NCBI GenBank assembly: GCA_950097015.1
Contig: CATNEN010000007.1
Coordinates: 6,138,001-6,202,000 of the forward strand
DNA: 64,000 bases
Reading direction: 5' to 3'
From: Macrostomum hystrix
Lineage: Eukaryota > Animalia > Platyhelminthes
The notes beneath the pieces were generated by a model. The model was not told the DNA's origin. It was given only the letters and a program-made list of their open reading frames with translations, and made no database searches. The first letter of the stretch is position 1. Each line of letters starts with the position of its first letter. Shown here in pieces: positions 59,501 through 64,000 of the stretch. The position numbers were made by a program, and so were the translations under genes.

Positions 59501-61529
59501 CGGGCTAATTATAGATCCCTGCCGCAGTGCAACTGGAGACAATAAGTGTCTGTCTGACCGATAATCCCCTTCGACTGTTTCAACTTTCTCCCTCCCGCTC
59601 GAAGTTTTAACATCGCTATAGGAACTTAGCAAGAGGATTTTAGCCTAATCTGAGTTTCAATCCCTACTCAATTCTCTCTCGCTTAATTCCCATTTTAATT
59701 TCCCATTTTCGAATGCTTCCTAAATACATAACTAGGGCCTCAACAAGAAATCCCCTCCCTGCAGCGTGGGTGGGTGCGGCTTCCATCTTCTCAGCACAAG
59801 CTCGGGGTTACTGTTCCCCTCTTTGGCCCAGCCTTTAGGGGCGGTAAGGGGATATCCATACCGGCCTAGCCCGCACAGATGCTGGGCTCCCGCGCTACCT
59901 TTCTTCGATTAGCGAGTAAATCCACGCCGCGGCCGACCAGCCCTAAAAGAAGTAAAAGAATGACAGGGCTGAACAGGGCTGAACAGGGCTGAACAGAAGA
60001 GAAGATGGGGCAGGGGGGAGATTAGAGAGGCGACTTATAATGAGATAAGCCGGCTCCGATCCTGAACCATCGGCATCCCACTAGCTGCTCAACCGCGCAG
60101 TCTCGGAGACTAGAGGTTACAGAAGAATCAGAAATGGGACTGGCATGCGAAAAACTGCTTGGGGGGTTAGGGATGCGCATCGTCAGTATAATGGAAACCG
60201 CCAGTCATTGAACTTGCACCAACCAGGAATTGTGGATAATGAAGAAGCTGCGGGAGAAGGATAGAGAGAAGAAGAAGAGACGCGGCAACGGAGCAGATGA
60301 GAAGCGACTTGGGGGCAAGAATACTTCGGGGGGAAAAATAGCTGGGGAGATGAGGCGGGAGATGCCGGGAGATGGCTGCGTTGATGACCGGAGAGTACGG
60401 AGACCCGAGAAACTTCTGAATCAGGCCTCCCTCTGCCTCTCTCGCTCCGATTCCATCTCCCCGGGGCTGGGCCCGGAGACAGCAGGCCCAACCCGTCCAT
60501 CCCGGATCCTTGCAATCCCACCCCACAGCGGCCTCCATTGCTCTCTTTTGCCCTTCACCTTCATTCCGGCCGACCACCCCACCCTCCGGCTGTCTACCGA
60601 ACTCTGACCTCGCCAGAGCCGCCTCCTTTCAGCTCTCTTGCCATCGCGTCGCCTCGCAACTTTGCGATTTGCAACTGGGGAAGGCTATGCGAGTTTTTTG
60701 TGGGATTTCGGCAGGAAGACTGACGGGGAAGAAAGAGGAGGAGAATATTTTTTTGTTCCCAGCCCTTGCCCCGTGAAATTGCCCTCCCCTCCGCCCTGGG
60801 GTTCCAGCGAGAGGAAGTTGGCAGCTTCGGAAATTGCTTTCGCTATCAGCGCAGTTGTACCCTAAGCCCCTTCCGCCTTCTCAGCGACTCTGCGCCAATA
60901 GGCCAGACTACCCTGCCTGAAAGTCCGCGTTCTCGTTGAATATCCAGAAGCCGCTGTTACTAGCGGAATCTCTCGGAAAATAGTTATTATAGACTGCAGG
61001 GACCAGAAAGCAATGAGGGCTTCCTTTCTTGGAGAAATAATCAATCACTTATTAATTCAACGGGGCTAGTAGCGGAGATCCTAGGAGACTGCGGGACAGA
61101 GGGAATTCAGTTTGAGGCCGAAGATGCAGCGGAATGCAGACTCCAGGCCGATGTGTGTGAGTGAGTGCGCGGGAGGGAGGCAATTGGGGCCAGTAGAGGG
61201 GAATCGGACCGGGTGCCCCCTCCACCCCAAAGCTGCGGGTCTAGTCCAAAAGGGAAGGATGACAGGGAAGTAGGCAAGGAATGAGGGACGTGAACGGGAT
61301 GGAGAGAGCAAGACGGCCGGACAGAGTCAGGAAGAGGCTCTCCAACGCAAAGTTAATGAAGCCGCAGTCGCTAAGGAGGGACTCCACCGCCTGAGGCTCC
61401 CGGCGGAAGAGAAGCAAGCTTCTGAAGAGGCGTAGGAGGAGGAGGATTTAGACAGGAATATCGTCCCGAGACTGGAAGACGGACAGAATCGGGCGGAAGG
61501 AGGCACCAAAGGCCCAACTTCCTTTCTCT

Positions 61530-61564
<35 letters not shown>

Positions 61565-62380
61565 CTGATGTCCCAGCTTCCCAGGCCACACCGAATGCGG
61601 CAACCGTATTTGTGGGAGGCGCTGTGGGTAAGCCAAGAGGAATGGGAACTAGGAGAGATGAAGATAGGGAGGACAAGCAGGAGCAGCAGCGACAGGTCAA
61701 GCAGAAACATGCCGGGCTGGCTTCCTCTGCTCTGCAATGGCATCTGATCAGGAGCTGGCTCTGTGTGGAGAATTGAGGGCGGAGAACATTCTTAAAGCGA
61801 TTCATTTGTGTACTTTTAAATCGCATTAGTCTGAGTAGCAAGCCAATCAAAATATTTATTTCCGATTCGCCAAGTATTTTTGTCGTCAATCAATTAGATA
61901 GTTTATCTTCAGGGCCCGAGGAAGTATGACAAATCAACAAAAAGTAACTTGGGGAGCTAAACAGCAGACACTTTTTTATCACTCCAGTTGGCAGCTGCCG
62001 TCAATCAATAAAAGTACTTTGCTAATACTATATACGTTCAATTCGGAATTTAAAAATTGAATTTTAAATAAACAGCAATAATATTTATCCCCAAATGGGA
62101 TTCGCCACATCCCGCAGGCTACGTGAACTCCTTCATGAACCCCATCATCTACGCCAAATTCAACCGGGACTTCCGCACGCCATTCAAGCACATCCTGCTC
62201 TGCCACTGCAAGTCCATCAACGACAGGCTGCGGGCTGAGCAGTTCGCTGAGCAGTACGGCCTCGCCGGCAATAGGAAGAGCATCGCCTCCACCGGCGGCC
62301 GGCAGCGGCGGCGAAGCTCCGACGTGGCTGCCAGGAGGGCGCGGCACAACATGAACAACGGCGCGGAGCACGCGGTCTGA
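52402..62380 (+). CDS. HTR7: 5-HT7-like serotonin receptor (class A aminergic GPCR); 3 coding exons, 1524 nt, 507 aa
   Basis: Exons 52402-53580, 58069-58150 and 62118-62380 join in frame (phases 0,1). TM3 Asp (CDVLLC), DRY, TM5 YQIYATFGAFYLP, CWLPFF and WLGYVNSFMNPIIY are present. The tail NRDFRTPFKHILLCHC...EQYG is typical of invertebrate 5-HT7. Confidence 0.88.
58069..58150 (+). CDS. HTR7: 5-HT7-like exon 2 (ECL3 and start of TM7), 82 nt, not in the ORF track
   Basis: Acceptor atttacag|, IVTPIYNVVTGEQLNINQNLFETFLWL-G, donor G|GTGAGT; bridges exons 1 and 3 in phase. Confidence 0.9.
58225..59470. repeat. 18-bp minisatellite (TCAGTTTGAATTACCCCC) in 5-HT7 intron 2
   Basis: ~69 copies; starts ~75 bp after exon 2. 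Confidence 0.95.
62118..62380 (+). CDS. HTR7: 5-HT7-like exon 3 (TM7 NPxxY, helix 8, C-tail)
   Basis: Acceptor cccgcag|GC completes G-YVNSFMNPIIY; TGA ends at 62380. Confidence 0.92.
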
Positions 62381-63902
62381 GCCACGAGCATCTCCGGGTG
62401 CGTTTGGTGGCACGTGTTGGACTATGTCGAGAGACTGAAAGGCCTCCTTGTGATACCCCTTTAGTTCCTCTTAAATGGACTACACATGATTGGCTGAGTC
62501 TTGCAGCCAATGGGAGAATAGGCTCTTGATGGCTTAGCCAAAACTAATCTCACAATAGGCTGACTTTTCTACCCGATCTACAGCCACCTCACGCCTTCCT
62601 GTTTGTTTGTAGATGTGTGCCGATCTGTGATTGGCTGACACTGCTCCAGCCAATAAGAAATTCGAAGTGGGACACTGAAACCGCTTTCCATATCTTTCTC
62701 TGTTGTTGCGCCACAGACTGCTTATCTTATCCTAGCCTAGAAATTTTGCATGCTGAAGCCATTTTACTGAAAAAATGAAACGATGTAGTCGAATGTAAAA
62801 GAACACTTTTATTTTGTTGACTTGTATGTTTCCCTTTGCTATCTGTCTGACTCGGAAGTTTCCTAAAATTGCTTCCTGTGATAAACTGCCTCGATTGTCA
62901 CAGCCGCTCCTGCATTGTTGCGCAATTGGTGATTATGTTTGTGAATCTTCTGACATGCCACACTTTTATTCCGATGTTTTCACAGTCTTTATCAACGTGC
63001 ATGGGCCTGTGCGCCAACGCCCGCTTCCACTAACTTCGCGCCAGCTGTTGAATCGATCATTTGTTTTAATGAAAACGAAGCAAACGATTCTGGCACCAAT
63101 TTGAAATCGAAATGGCTCGCACTAATAACATTTTCCCAGCATTCTTAGACAAGTAGTCTGACGCACCTGTGCGAACCTTAGATTAAATACTAGCTGAAAT
63201 GTTTCACGTGATGTCAGAACAATTTTCCTTCCTCACGAATGACATTGTTTCATTCCCGAATTGTGATTTTTTTCGACTGGGGTTCTTTACCTTTTTTTCT
63301 TGGACAAAAATATTTTTGACGCATGTTTGTTGTTTCCAATCTGTAGACGATTGTTATTTTTCAGCCTCGCCGAATATGGTCAGAATTTATTTTGCCGACT
63401 CACTCAATCGTTTGTATTGTACAATAAGATTTTATGTTCGAGTATGTACATAAGCCCATGAGATTCTTAGTTCATCCAGCAGCCCAACCTTTATCGCTCT
63501 GGCACGTGATCAGCCATTGTACACACAGCATTGCTGTTGCTTTCTAGTAGACAACGAATACAGCCGCCACTGACGGGTTCCCAAGCTTTTTGCAGTTGTG
63601 TCAGGCCCTCCTTCATCTATGTGCCTGTTTAATCTTCTGTTTTCCCATCCAGCATCGCCGAGGTATAGACTGAAACCAGTAGTCAATCTGGGCAGTAACT
63701 AACATAGGCGAGTTTATATCATTGGTGAGAATCCTAGGTAACTGAAGATTTTGAGAATCCTCAAATTCGAGAAACCTCAATTTCAACATTTGATAATGGT
63801 CAAATTCGAGGATAATAAATTTGAGAATGGTAGAATTTCTTAATGTTCAATTTTCAGTCGTAGCAGAAATCAAGGTAACTATTCAAGCAATATTTAATCG
63901 AC

Positions 63903-63908
63903 AATAAA
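63903..63908 (+). promoter_or_regulatory. Candidate polyadenylation signal (AATAAA) of the 5-HT7-like gene
   Basis: AATAAA ~1.5 kb after the stop. Confidence 0.3.
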
Positions 63909-64000
63909 CAGTGAGTGCTCAGCCCTGATTCATACCTGCTAATTGATTGCTCAACTGCGCTGAACCCATCAGAGAATTCATGCTCCCCCAACCGCTGCAT

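Noticed and set aside
53581-62117. Many 60-220-aa ORFs in the 5-HT7 introns (possible nested genes)
   Set aside because: GC-rich sequence yields overlapping ORFs on both strands with no recognisable domains or coherent exon chains.

Overview
Eukaryotic (invertebrate animal) genomic DNA, not prokaryotic. The poly-Ala/Gln-rich exons and minisatellite-filled introns resemble a free-living flatworm such as Macrostomum; this taxonomy is inference only. Three spliced genes were reconstructed by hand, each with GT-AG junctions and consistent intron phases: (1) a 7-exon group I-type metabotropic glutamate receptor (minus, 7601-20737, 1138 aa); (2) an 8-exon ANKHD1/Mask ankyrin-KH protein (minus, 37801-49392, 2173 aa); (3) a 3-exon 5-HT7-like serotonin receptor (plus, 52402-62380, 507 aa), head-to-head with Mask. 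About a third of the window is tandem repeat: roughly 18 different mini/microsatellites, including an 11.5-kb array of a 31-bp unit with nested higher-order periods. Mobile elements include a hAT/Charlie-type MITE with perfect 8-bp TSDs, two tRNA-derived SINE families and a ~420-bp foldback. Most ORFs in the supplied track are repeat or antisense artefacts. I found no clear new protein-coding system. The most unusual signals are non-coding: the possibly SINE-seeded satellite carrying STAT-like motifs, minisatellites anchored at exon edges, a template-switch copy of an exon fragment inside an intron, and a homotypic TGTCTATGG cluster.
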